A DNA stretch of 64,000 bases from Syntrophomonadaceae bacterium (GTDB lineage Bacteria > Bacillota > Ch66 > Ch109): contig JAAYQE010000101.1 of assembly GCA_012519455.1 (NCBI GenBank), forward strand, positions 1,636-65,635, read 5' to 3'. Under the pieces are notes generated by a model. It saw nothing but the letters and a program-made list of their open reading frames with translations. It did not search any database and was not told where the DNA came from. Made by a program: the position numbers and the translations under genes. Shown piece after piece: positions 41,149-50,123 of this stretch. Within the stretch, counting starts at the first letter, position 1; each line of letters opens with the position of its first letter.

Positions 41149-42228
41149 ATGGGAAAAAGAATTAAAAGAAGTGATGGAAAAAGATGGCGATTATGCAAGG
41201 GAGGCCACTGGATAGTTACAATCTTATTAATGATAACCCTGATTGCCTTACCCGGTTGTTCCAAAGACACGAACACCGTTGAACTTAAGCTGGCTCATTT
41301 TTGGCCTAGTACCCATCCTGCGGAAAAAGAACTAGTAGAACCTTGGGCCGCAGCGATTAAAGAGGCCACCGAGGGCCGGGTAACCGTAACCAGTTATCCC
41401 AGTCAAACCCTTTGCCAAGCCGATGGAATTTATGAAGGCGTAATCAATGGAATCACGGACATCGGCGTTTCTTGTTTTTCCTATACACGGGGCCGTTTCC
41501 CGGTATTAGAAGTTTTCGAGCTTCCCGGCATTCGGTACGCTAATTCAAAGGTAGCCAGCAAGGTAGCCTGGGAAGGAATAAAAGAGTTGAATCCTAAAGA
41601 AGTCCAGGATACCAAGCTGATGATGGTGCTTACTACCGGCCCTGGAGATCTATATACTAAAGTTCCGGTTCGGCAATTAAGTGACCTGAAAGGACTAGAG
41701 ATTAGGGCCACCGGCTTAAGCGCCAAGACTTTGGATGTTTTGGGAGCTACACCGGTAGCCATGGCCCAATCGGAGGCCTATGAAGCCTTGTCTAAAGGGG
41801 TAGTTAAAGGAAACCTAGGCCCGGTGGAAGTATTACAGGGCTGGAGGCAAGCAGAAGTTACTAATTATTTAACCCAAACGCCATTTCTCTATAATACTTT
41901 GTTCTTTGTAACGATGAACTTGGATAAATGGAACGCTATAAGCCCTGAAGATCAAAAGGCGATCGAAAAGGTAAACGAAGAATTCTTTGAAAAGGTAGCC
42001 ATGGGTTTGTGGGATAAACAAAACGAGGCCGCTTTAAAATGGGCGGTACAAGAAAAAGGGATGGAAGTAATCAACCTTTCCGAAGAAGAACAAGACCGCT
42101 GGATTAACCTCGTTAAGCCCATTCAAGATGAATTCGTAACTAAAATGAAGCAACAAGGTTTCCAGGGTGAAGAAATTTTAGCTACCGCTAAGCGCTTGTC
42201 AGAAAAATATAACGCTGAGTATCAGTAA
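41149..42228 (+). CDS. dctP: TRAP transporter substrate-binding protein (DctP family)
   Basis: Lipoprotein-type signal (LPGCSKD). DctP-fold pattern. Confidence 0.85.
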   Translation: MGKRIKRSDGKRWRLCKGGHWIVTILLMITLIALPGCSKDTNTVELKLAHFWPSTHPAEKELVEPWAAAIKEATEGRVTVTSYPSQTLCQADGIYEGVINGITDIGVSCFSYTRGRFPVLEVFELPGIRYANSKVASKVAWEGIKELNPKEVQDTKLMMVLTTGPGDLYTKVPVRQLSDLKGLEIRATGLSAKTLDVLGATPVAMAQSEAYEALSKGVVKGNLGPVEVLQGWRQAEVTNYLTQTPFLYNTLFFVTMNLDKWNAISPEDQKAIEKVNEEFFEKVAMGLWDKQNEAALKWAVQEKGMEVINLSEEEQDRWINLVKPIQDEFVTKMKQQGFQGEEILATAKRLSEKYNAEYQ

Positions 42229-42266
42229 GCAATGGTCAATAAGCCGGTCAGAGAGGATGCGTAAAA

Positions 42267-42830
42267 ATGGATATAAGTATTAAATGGGTGAAAGAAATAA
42301 GTAAAGGACTAGATAAACTAGCAGGGCTATGCTTTTTTGCCGTTATGCTTTTGGTCGTTTCCAATATTTTACTACGCGCGCTTTTTAGCCGACCTATTTT
42401 AGGAACTTATGAGCTGGTTGGGCTTTTGTCTGCCATTGGGATTAGTTTAGCCCTGGCCCATTGCGCTTTCCAGGGCGGACATATTGCCGTAGATATCGTG
42501 GTCAATCGTTTATCCACGAAATGGCAAGCGGTGATTAATGCCGTAACCGGTTTTATTGCCTTGTGTTTTTGGCTTCCAGCGACTTGGTATCTCTTTAAAT
42601 ATGCCCACTTAATGATGGTCAAAGGATTAGTTTCTTCCACCGCACAGATCCCGGTCTATCCTGTAATCTATCTTACGGCCCTCGGACTAGCGGCGTTTTG
42701 TCTCGTATTGTTCGTCAAATTCACCGTTGCAGTAAGAAATGCGTTGGCCGATATTTCCCTTGCCCCTTATGTCTGGCAACCTGAATTATCGGATCCGGTA
42801 TTATCCGATCCTGTAAAGAAGGCGAGTTAG
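42267..42830 (+). CDS. dctQ: TRAP transporter small permease (DctQ)
   Basis: Four-TM ~180-aa protein between dctP and dctM. Confidence 0.8.
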   Translation: MDISIKWVKEISKGLDKLAGLCFFAVMLLVVSNILLRALFSRPILGTYELVGLLSAIGISLALAHCAFQGGHIAVDIVVNRLSTKWQAVINAVTGFIALCFWLPATWYLFKYAHLMMVKGLVSSTAQIPVYPVIYLTALGLAAFCLVLFVKFTVAVRNALADISLAPYVWQPELSDPVLSDPVKKAS

Positions 42831-42834
42831 TTAA

Positions 42835-44136
42835 ATGAGTCCATTTACGGTTGGGTTAATTGGCATTGTCGTTTTTATCGTGCTTTTAATTTTTCGCATG
42901 CCCATTGCTTTTGCTATGGCCTTGGTAGGTTTTGCGGGGTTTGGTTACCTTACTTCAACCTCAGCAGCCTTTAACATGGTAGTACAAGAAATATACAATA
43001 CTTTCTCCTCGTATTCGTTAAGCGTTATTGCCATGTTTGTCTGGATGGGATTTTTGGCTTATTATTCCGGAATCGGTTCCCGACTCTACATTTTTGCCTA
43101 TAAATTAATCGGGCACTTACCGGGAGGATTAGCCATTGCCACCCAAGCTGCGTGTGGGATTTTTGGCGCCGTCTGCGGTTCCAATACGGCCACAGCCGCC
43201 ACTATGGCAGCTATTGCTTTGCCAGAAATGCAGAAATACAAATACGATACCTCGTTGGCTACGGCTAGTATTGCGGCGGGCGGGGTGCTCGGCGTTTTAA
43301 TTCCCCCTAGTGTAATCTTTATTGTTTACGGTATGGCAACGGAACAATCGATTGGCAAGCTTTTTATGGCGGGAATTTTACCCGGAATCATTTTAATGTT
43401 ATTATTTATGGGGGCTATCTACATACTTACCTCTTGGAACCAAACCTTAGGACCGCCGGGTCCTAAAGCCAGCTGGTCAGAGAGGTTGCAGGCCCTGCGG
43501 GGCGGGGTGATCGAAGCCTTAGCCGTATTTATAATCTCGGTTGGAGGTCTGATTATCGGCATATTTACCCCCACGGAGGCCGGCGCAGTAGGAGCGGCGG
43601 GCGTCTTATTCGTAGCTTTACTGGGTAAACACATGAATTGGGAGAAGATAACCAAATCCCTCCTAGACACTACCCGGACCACGGCCATGATCATGTTGTT
43701 GATCGCGGGAGCCATGATCTTTGGCCGTTTTATGGCGGTAAGTAGGATGCCTTTTGAACTGGCAAGTTGGACCGGTTCCCTAGCTTTGCCGCCGGTAGCC
43801 ATCATGGGGATGATTCTCTTAATCTACCTAATCCTTGGTTGCTTTATTGATGCCTTGGCCTTGATTTTACTTACGATACCTATATTTTTCCCTATCGTAT
43901 TAAATCTTGGCTATGACCCCATATGGTTTGGTGTTATCATTGTTTTAGTCGTAGCGATGGGCGTAATAACGCCGCCGGTGGGGATGAATGTGTATATCAT
44001 CAAAGGCATTGTGCCGGATATCCCCTTAGAAGTAATCTTTAAAGGGATAGGCCCTTTTTTACTGGCAGTTATTCTCTGTATCGTCCTCTTAATCCTTTTT
44101 CCGTCCATTGCTACTTTCCTGCCGAATCTATTATAG
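42835..44136 (+). CDS. dctM: TRAP transporter large permease (DctM)
   Basis: 433-aa 12-TM protein. Confidence 0.85.
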   Translation: MSPFTVGLIGIVVFIVLLIFRMPIAFAMALVGFAGFGYLTSTSAAFNMVVQEIYNTFSSYSLSVIAMFVWMGFLAYYSGIGSRLYIFAYKLIGHLPGGLAIATQAACGIFGAVCGSNTATAATMAAIALPEMQKYKYDTSLATASIAAGGVLGVLIPPSVIFIVYGMATEQSIGKLFMAGILPGIILMLLFMGAIYILTSWNQTLGPPGPKASWSERLQALRGGVIEALAVFIISVGGLIIGIFTPTEAGAVGAAGVLFVALLGKHMNWEKITKSLLDTTRTTAMIMLLIAGAMIFGRFMAVSRMPFELASWTGSLALPPVAIMGMILLIYLILGCFIDALALILLTIPIFFPIVLNLGYDPIWFGVIIVLVVAMGVITPPVGMNVYIIKGIVPDIPLEVIFKGIGPFLLAVILCIVLLILFPSIATFLPNLL

Positions 44137-44256
44137 AGGTGATCTACTATCTATCGACAAACGATTAAAAAAAACGATGTAGGTGAAATTTTTTCATCGG
44201 TACAATGTGACCCCAAATGGTCGTTTGCCGAATGCACTACGAAGCAAACGACCGCT

Positions 44257-45447
44257 TTGACCCATGGATACCATAAATATCCGGCGAAATTTATTCCCCC
44301 TTTAGCGGCTCGCCTAATTGAAAAATATACTCAACCTGATGCGTTAGTGGTCGATCCCTTTATGGGTTCAGGGACAACGCTGGTAGAAGCGATGCTTTAC
44401 GGCCGGCGCACCGTAGGGGTCGATATTAATCCCATAGCCTGGTTAATAACCAAAGCCAAAACCACTCCCATTAATCCGGAAACGCTGCGTTTGGGTTTAA
44501 CTAATTTATATGATGCGTTACCGGTGAATTCCGAGGGTCAACTGATTAGTCCCTTGTTGGGTAAAGTCCCCAAACTAGAACATGAACGGATCGATTATTG
44601 GTTTATTGAACCTAACCGATCTGAATTAGAAGTAGTTTTATTTTTAATTAAACAGGAACCTAACCAATCCGTACGTTATTTTATGCTCTGCGGATTTTCT
44701 AATATCTTGAAAAATTGCAGCCGTTGGCTAATGAGGTCTTCCAAACCTACGGTAGATAAAAACAAAAAGATACCCCCTTTGGTACCTACGCTTAAAAGGC
44801 AGCTTAAATATATGGAAAAAAGGAACGCGCTTTTTTGGGGGAAAATGAAAGGAAAAGCCTATTCAGTAGTAGTACATAGGGGAGACGCCCGAGAGTTACC
44901 AGTTTTAAAAAATAGTATTGACCTCATTGTTACTTCTCCACCTTATGTAACTTCGTATGAATACGCTGATCTACATCAGTTAGGAAATATCATCCTTGGT
45001 TTTACTACTGATTTAAGAGAATTACGTAAAAGCTTTATTGGTTCCATTCAAGCTGAAGAAAATCAAGCAGATCTGCTCAGCCCCTTAGCCCAAGAAACGG
45101 TACAAGCCTTGGAAACGGTAGATAAATCAGAAGGAAGAGGAGCTTTAACTTATTTTCAGTCCATGCAACAGTGCCTGCAGGAAATGAAAAATAAATTACG
45201 ACCGGGTGGACGTACCTGTATCGTAATCGGCAATACTGCCTTAAAGAAGGTACCGATTCCTAATGCCGAAATATTTGTGGAAACCGGATTAGCGCAAGGA
45301 TTACAATTAGAGGAGCTGATAAAAAGAGAAATTCCTTCTAAAATTCTTCCACAAACGAGAGATCCTAAAACGGGAAGGTTTACCTCGGCCGCTAAAGCAA
45401 AAGCTTTAGCTTACCCCGAAGAATATATAATCGTACTAAAAAAATAG
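44257..45447 (+). CDS. DNA methyltransferase (N4-cytosine/N6-adenine family; motif I DPFMGSGTT precedes motif IV TSPPY)
   Basis: FxGxG AdoMet motif at the N-terminus and an SPPY catalytic motif ~190 aa later, so motif I precedes motif IV. The S-P-P-Y form is most typical of N4-cytosine MTases. No SD sequence; the start (TTG 44257) is uncertain and the frame is open from 44143. The region is AT-rich relative to its neighbours. Confidence 0.8.
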   Translation: MTHGYHKYPAKFIPPLAARLIEKYTQPDALVVDPFMGSGTTLVEAMLYGRRTVGVDINPIAWLITKAKTTPINPETLRLGLTNLYDALPVNSEGQLISPLLGKVPKLEHERIDYWFIEPNRSELEVVLFLIKQEPNQSVRYFMLCGFSNILKNCSRWLMRSSKPTVDKNKKIPPLVPTLKRQLKYMEKRNALFWGKMKGKAYSVVVHRGDARELPVLKNSIDLIVTSPPYVTSYEYADLHQLGNIILGFTTDLRELRKSFIGSIQAEENQADLLSPLAQETVQALETVDKSEGRGALTYFQSMQQCLQEMKNKLRPGGRTCIVIGNTALKKVPIPNAEIFVETGLAQGLQLEELIKREIPSKILPQTRDPKTGRFTSAAKAKALAYPEEYIIVLKK

Positions 45448-45457
45448 AGGGAATGGC

Positions 45458-46060
45458 ATGTCTCAACTTATAGATTTAGGTATAGTTCAAGGGCGAAAGG
45501 GAGTAACACTGAAAATATTTGAAGAAGTCTGTCCGGATATTTTTGCCCTACCACAATTAAAACCCAGTCAGTTTGTGACTAAGTTATGGTCGGAATATCA
45601 GGCAAGTCCATTTACTAAAAGTAATAATATAAATGGGACTATGTTCGAATATATTTTAGCTGCGATATTAATACGACATAATCTACGTCCTTTTCATCGA
45701 GGCGTTAAGATGGCTTTTATTCCAAATATTGAACATGATTTAATATTAATTACTACTCAAAAACAAGTGATTTCCTTAAGTGCTAAAACTAGTCTGAGAG
45801 AAAGATATAAACAGGCAGATCTGGAAGCGATGGCCTTAAAAAACGTCCATCGTAAGTCCCTATGTTATTTATTGACTTTAGAAACCCATGAAGCACAGGT
45901 AGCTAAACAAAAGATTAAAGCAGGAGATGCTTTAGCTCTTGATGATGTTATATTGGTGAATGATTCGGAATTTGATCATTTAATTGATGATCTTTCAAAA
46001 TTTTCATTTATAGAGAACCACCAGACTAGTATTGTTTTACAGTCACGTATGGTTAAATAA
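45458..46060 (+). CDS. hypothetical protein, candidate cognate restriction endonuclease
   Basis: 200-aa ORF 10 nt downstream of the MTase, with RBS GAGGGA. AT-rich. Weak PD-(D/E)xK-like string IEHDLILITTQKQ...SAK. The assignment is by context only. Confidence 0.3.
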   Translation: MSQLIDLGIVQGRKGVTLKIFEEVCPDIFALPQLKPSQFVTKLWSEYQASPFTKSNNINGTMFEYILAAILIRHNLRPFHRGVKMAFIPNIEHDLILITTQKQVISLSAKTSLRERYKQADLEAMALKNVHRKSLCYLLTLETHEAQVAKQKIKAGDALALDDVILVNDSEFDHLIDDLSKFSFIENHQTSIVLQSRMVK

Positions 46061-46357
46061 AATTCAATATATACCTAAGAGCATCATTAACTTATTTCGT
46101 AACTATTTCGGACATGCTTTGTAACAACTGGATCTACTTTAGCGTAGAATAAGCTACACCAATAATATATTTGTGGGATGGTGCCAAGCATGGATATTCG
46201 CTACCGTTATCCGAAAAAGCCGTATGTGAAAAACAGAAAAGCAGTCGATTTTGCTTTTGCCCATTCCCAACTGGGTTACCCGGAAGCCCGCGAACTTCCG
46301 CCCGTAGGGGCTGTACCGTTTCTTTATCCCTGGAAAAAGTCCGGGGAGATGAATAAG

Positions 46358-46557
46358 ATGAATAATCGGAGTTCGGACCCGGTGGATAATATCCGGATCA
46401 TCGAAGCCATAATTAAAGAATTAGATTCCTTAATTGGCCTGGACAAGGTGAAAAAGTTAGTAAAAGAAATTCAAGCTTTTGTGGAAATTCAAGGTAAACG
46501 GGCCGTGGAACAACTAGCCACGGAGCCTTTGGTCTTGCATATGATCTTTAAAGGTAA
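46358..46557 (+). CDS. spoVK: spoVK 5' segment (N-terminal 66 codons, ending ...LVLHMIFKG), interrupted by an intervening element
   Basis: IGLDKVKKLVKEIQAFVEIQGKRAVEQLATEPLVLHMIFKG matches the SpoVK region immediately N-terminal to Walker A. The frame then runs into unrelated sequence (KPLMTPVKKMIS*) beyond the 12-bp core CTTTAAAGGTAA (46546-46557). Confidence 0.85.
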
Positions 46558-46617
46558 ACCCTTAATGACTCCGGTTAAAAAAATGATAAGTTAGAATGAT
46601 AAGTTAGATGGGTTGAA

Positions 46618-48093
46618 TTAATCACAACGAAGTAAACTTTCCGCCAAGCGGTAGTCAACAATTTTTTTATCCCGGATAACGATACTGTTAAAAAGAGTTC
46701 TTAATGCCTCACGAATTAAGGGCAAATCGCCGTTCCTCCACAGCCAGAGCAATTGCTTCGCTTCTTCTTGCATCAAGCCTTCCACCTCCGCCGGCAGCCC
46801 TTGCCCCACACGATTTCTTTCGGCCGCCGCCAAGCTTGCCCGCTCCCGATCGATTCTTTTCCGAGCCAGTTCAAGATCTTTTTCCGTAATTAGATGGTTT
46901 TCAAAAGCCTGAATTTGACGTTGAAATTTCCGGTCAAGGGCCATTTTCCGGCGCTTAAAAGCTTCTTCTTGAATCCGCATCGCCATCGTTATTTCTTCCA
47001 TGGGTACCGCACAAAGCCCCTCGGCTAACTTTTCTAAAACTTTAAAGGCCTGTGCTTCTGCGTCTTCGATAAAAATATAGTTAAAGCGACAACGGCCTTT
47101 TTTTTGATATTCCTGGCATACAAAAATTTTCCGTATTTTATGCGGACCTTTACTGCTATAAGGACGGCTAATCATTTTCGCCCCACAATAAGCACAAATT
47201 AAAAGGCCGGATAAACGGTGTTTAGCTTGCCTCTGGCCACCCTTGGGCAAGGACCGGGTAATACGAGCCTGTATCGCATTCCATTGTTCCTCAGTTAAAA
47301 TCGGAGGGTGGGCTTGTTCTTTAACTACCCATTTTTCCGGATCCCGCCAACAGATCTGGCCCCTTTTATCGAGGTAGCGCCGATTCCAAATTAGTTTGCC
47401 GGTATAAAGTTCGTTGGTTAGCATCTGCCGGATGGTGGAGGAACTCCAAAACGCTCCCTTACGAGTGCATACCTTAGATTCATTGAGCCATTGGGCAATA
47501 GCTCGGTATCCATACCCCAAAAGAAACATATCCGCTGCTTTCGATACCCAGGCCGCCTCTTCAGCTACGATCTGCAGGTTTTGATGCTGATCAAATTGAT
47601 AACCAAAAGGAGGTACGGCTAGATAGCGTTTCTTTTTATCCGCTAATTCGAACATCCCGGATTTTACGCGGGCCGCAATCATCGATCTTTCAAACTCGGC
47701 AAAAGCCGCAAGGATTTGCAGCACCATGCGGCCCATAGGCGTAGAAGTATCAAAATTTTGCGAAGCACAGATATAAGTCGTGTTATGTTTTTCACATAGT
47801 TCAACAAATTGGAGCATATCTAAAAGATTGCGGGACAAACGGTCTACAGCTATGGTTAATACCACGGATACTTTTCCCTGTTTAATGAGTCGAAGAAGCT
47901 GCTTCAGGGCGGGACGATTCATGTTTTTAGCCGATTCACCTTCATCCGCAAAAATAGAAAGGTTATTCCAACCTTGGAAACTAGCGTAATCCTTGAGCCG
48001 ATTAATTTGATTTTCCACGGAATAGCCTTCCCGGGCTTGTTCTTCGGTGGACACCCGAACGTATAAAGCCACTATTTTTTCCTGCTTTTCCAT
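46618..48093 (-). CDS. large serine recombinase (SpoIVCA/CisA/TnpX-like site-specific recombinase)
   Basis: N-terminal resolvase domain with catalytic Ser in ALYVRVSTEEQ. Recombinase domain. Zinc-ribbon CAYCGAKM...C and C-terminal coiled coil. 491 aa, intact. Its 3' end is 60 nt from the left junction. Confidence 0.9.
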   Translation of the reverse strand: MEKQEKIVALYVRVSTEEQAREGYSVENQINRLKDYASFQGWNNLSIFADEGESAKNMNRPALKQLLRLIKQGKVSVVLTIAVDRLSRNLLDMLQFVELCEKHNTTYICASQNFDTSTPMGRMVLQILAAFAEFERSMIAARVKSGMFELADKKKRYLAVPPFGYQFDQHQNLQIVAEEAAWVSKAADMFLLGYGYRAIAQWLNESKVCTRKGAFWSSSTIRQMLTNELYTGKLIWNRRYLDKRGQICWRDPEKWVVKEQAHPPILTEEQWNAIQARITRSLPKGGQRQAKHRLSGLLICAYCGAKMISRPYSSKGPHKIRKIFVCQEYQKKGRCRFNYIFIEDAEAQAFKVLEKLAEGLCAVPMEEITMAMRIQEEAFKRRKMALDRKFQRQIQAFENHLITEKDLELARKRIDRERASLAAAERNRVGQGLPAEVEGLMQEEAKQLLWLWRNGDLPLIREALRTLFNSIVIRDKKIVDYRLAESLLRCD

Positions 48094-48112
48094 AACCTAC
48101 ACCTCATACACT

Positions 48113-48127
48113 TTTCCCTAAGGGAAA
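48113..48127. promoter_or_regulatory. 15-bp palindrome TTTCCCTAAGGGAAA in the recombinase 5' region
   Basis: Perfect inverted repeat ~25 nt upstream of the recombinase RBS, between the divergent recombinase and the small ORF. Confidence 0.3.
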
Positions 48128-48229
48128 CTTCACAACCTTCAAGCGTTTAATCACCACGTTTTCCCATGAACCGTTGACAAGCAGCAGCCGCATAGGATGA
48201 ACCAGGGGGATGAACTAGGAGGTGGTCCT

Positions 48230-48397
48230 ATGGAGAAAATTAGCCTTAAAATAGAAGATCAATGGGTTCCGCTTGATACGCTGCCCCCTGAGTTACAAAA
48301 GCAGGTACAACAAAAAATCGCGGAAGTACTAGAAAAGGCGATCCGCGGTCAAATACAGGTGTTTTTAGCCCAAAAACTAAAACCCGATGACCTATAA
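48230..48397 (+). CDS. small hypothetical protein (55 aa), divergent from the recombinase
   Basis: RBS GGAGGTGG 5 nt before ATG 48230. Helical, charged. Candidate accessory or directionality factor, by position only. Confidence 0.3.
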   Translation: MEKISLKIEDQWVPLDTLPPELQKQVQQKIAEVLEKAIRGQIQVFLAQKLKPDDL

Positions 48398-48446
48398 ATA
48401 TATCTATGAAAGAAAATTTGAAGTATTGCCGAAGCAACCCAGATTT

Positions 48447-48490
48447 TATAGAATGGTATAAGATGAGATATAGAATGGTATAAGATGAGA
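48447..48490 (+). repeat. perfect tandem duplication of a 22-bp unit, TATAGAATGGTATAAGATGAGA x2, directly upstream of the YjcQ-like ORF
   Basis: Direct reading. Each unit carries TGGTATAAG (extended -10-like). Confidence 0.8.
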
Positions 48491-48492
48491 TC

Positions 48493-48798
48493 ATGAAAAG
48501 AGAGGAGAAAGTAACCGTGACGATTAATGCCCAGGAAAAAGAGATTTACAAATGTGGTATTTTACATGATTTACTGATTGGTAATTATCCCGATCCTCTT
48601 GATTACGTTAATGAAAACGGCCTCAGTTATCGCCAATTTATCAACTTAATTGCGGCCATGCAAAAAGAGGGGCTGATCCAAGGCGTTGTATTCCAAGACT
48701 CGGACCCTAATACGCCCCCACTATGTGTTCTAGAAAAGGCGGAAGTAACCGATAAAGGCATCGACTATTTAGAGAAATTCATGGAAGAATTGAATTAA
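48493..48798 (+). CDS. YjcQ-like small protein (phage/skin-element associated family)
   Basis: 101-aa protein whose length and pattern resemble the YjcQ family. Confidence 0.45.
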   Translation: MKREEKVTVTINAQEKEIYKCGILHDLLIGNYPDPLDYVNENGLSYRQFINLIAAMQKEGLIQGVVFQDSDPNTPPLCVLEKAEVTDKGIDYLEKFMEELN

Positions 48799-48820
48799 CT
48801 TTTACCGTTGAATTAACCTT

Positions 48821-49984
48821 TTACTTTGACCTTTCCGCAAAAAATCGCTCGAGTCGATCTAGTCCTTCTTTAATCTTCTCCAAAGAATTAGCGTAAGAAA
48901 TACGTAAGTATCCTTCGCAACTGCTTCCAAAGTCAATCCCGGGCGTAACTGCTACTTTGGCCTTTTCTAGGATTTCGAAAGCTAGGGCATAGGAGTCGCT
49001 AGAATATTGTTTAACCTTAGCTAGGGCATAAAAAGCACCGGTGGGGTCCACCAAGGTAGCAATTCCCATCTTTTTTAACCTCTGTAAAAGATAGCGGCGT
49101 CGCTGGTCATAAATATTAACCATTTCCGCGACCTCTTTTTCACAATCTTTTAAAGCGGTAATGGCCGCGGTTTGCACAAAAGAAGGGGCACAGATAAAAA
49201 GATTTTGTTGGATGATTTGCATGGTCCGGATATACTCCCGAGGCGCGATTACATAACCTAAGCGCCATCCGGTCATGGCATAAAGCTTAGAGAAGCCATT
49301 AATCACAAAAGCCCGGTCCGTAAACTCCAGTACCGAATGCTCTTCGCCTTCATAAATTAGGCCGTTATAAATTTCATCCGAAATAATCGGCTGATCTAAA
49401 GCCGCTAAAGCCTGAAAATCACGGGCCGAATAAACGGTCCCTGTTGGATTAGCCGGGGAGTTGACCATAATGGCCCGGGTCAAAGGACTAATCCTTTTTT
49501 TTATCTCTTCTGGCCGATATTTAAACCCATCTTCCTCTGTTACCTTCACGAAAACCGGTTTTCCTTCGAGATAACGGATAAAGTTAGGGTAGCAGGCATA
49601 ATAAGGATCTGAAAGAATAATCTCCTCGCCCTGCTCCAGTAAAACCGAAAAAGCCAGCAGCATCCCAGGGGAGGTCCCCGAAGTGACAATAATTTGTTCG
49701 GGCGATATATGCACCCGATACTTTTTAAAGTAGTGCTCCGCAATGGCTTCTCGCAAAGCTATTTTACCTAAACTGTGCGTATAGTGTGTATCGCCATTCA
49801 TCAGCGCGTGGGCCGCAGCTTCCTTGATGGGCTGAGGCGTAGGAAAATCCGGTTCCCCAATTTCTAGGTGAATGATGTGCTCTCCCTGAGCCTCAAGTTG
49901 TTGGGCTTTTTCTAACACTTCCATCACAATAAAAGGCGAAATTTGCTGGGTACGGCCAGGTAAGCTAAGCGTATTTGACTTCAT
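48821..49984 (-). CDS. PLP-dependent aminotransferase class I/II (aspartate/aromatic aminotransferase-like)
   Basis: SKLYAMTGWRLGY PLP-lysine motif. 387-aa fold-type I. Confidence 0.85.
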   Translation of the reverse strand: MKSNTLSLPGRTQQISPFIVMEVLEKAQQLEAQGEHIIHLEIGEPDFPTPQPIKEAAAHALMNGDTHYTHSLGKIALREAIAEHYFKKYRVHISPEQIIVTSGTSPGMLLAFSVLLEQGEEIILSDPYYACYPNFIRYLEGKPVFVKVTEEDGFKYRPEEIKKRISPLTRAIMVNSPANPTGTVYSARDFQALAALDQPIISDEIYNGLIYEGEEHSVLEFTDRAFVINGFSKLYAMTGWRLGYVIAPREYIRTMQIIQQNLFICAPSFVQTAAITALKDCEKEVAEMVNIYDQRRRYLLQRLKKMGIATLVDPTGAFYALAKVKQYSSDSYALAFEILEKAKVAVTPGIDFGSSCEGYLRISYANSLEKIKEGLDRLERFFAERSK

Positions 49985-50123
49985 GCTATTTCCTTTCTAT
50001 ATAAAATATTGGCTTAAAGTATTGGCTTCCTATTTTTTTATGGGGGCGTAGTATCTTTTCTAAAAGTCATTATTTCGACATTGGCGGATTATTCCCTTCC
50101 AGGCTAAAGATTTTCCCCGGTAG

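Larger units (their letters stand above)
46558..50123. mobile_element. ~3.6-kb intervening (skin-like) element inserted in spoVK, bounded by direct 12-bp cores CTTTAAAGGTAA
   Basis: The cores lie at 46546-46557 and 50124-50135. Joining the left flank, one core and the right flank gives ...CTTGCATATGATCTTTAAAGGTAATCCGGGAACAGGC = LHMIFKGNPGTG, an uninterrupted SpoVK Walker A. The element encodes a large serine recombinase, a small ORF, a YjcQ-like protein and an aminotransferase. Confidence 0.85.

Noticed and set aside
46178-46357. N-terminal extension (MVPSMDIRYRYPKK...) of the spoVK 5' ORF in the track.
   Set aside because: SpoVK homology begins only near codon 60, and an RBS (GGGGAG) precedes the ATG pair at 46349/46358. 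The upstream part is probably untranslated leader.
48447-48490. Possible CRISPR array from the 22-bp tandem repeat, and from the 12-bp tandem at 41052-41075.
   Set aside because: Only two directly abutting copies with no spacers, and no cas genes in the window.
46558-50123. Interpreting the spoVK insert as a prophage.
   Set aside because: It is only ~3.6 kb and has no capsid, tail, terminase or lysis genes. The recombinase plus a few cargo genes fits a skin-type intervening element, not a phage.
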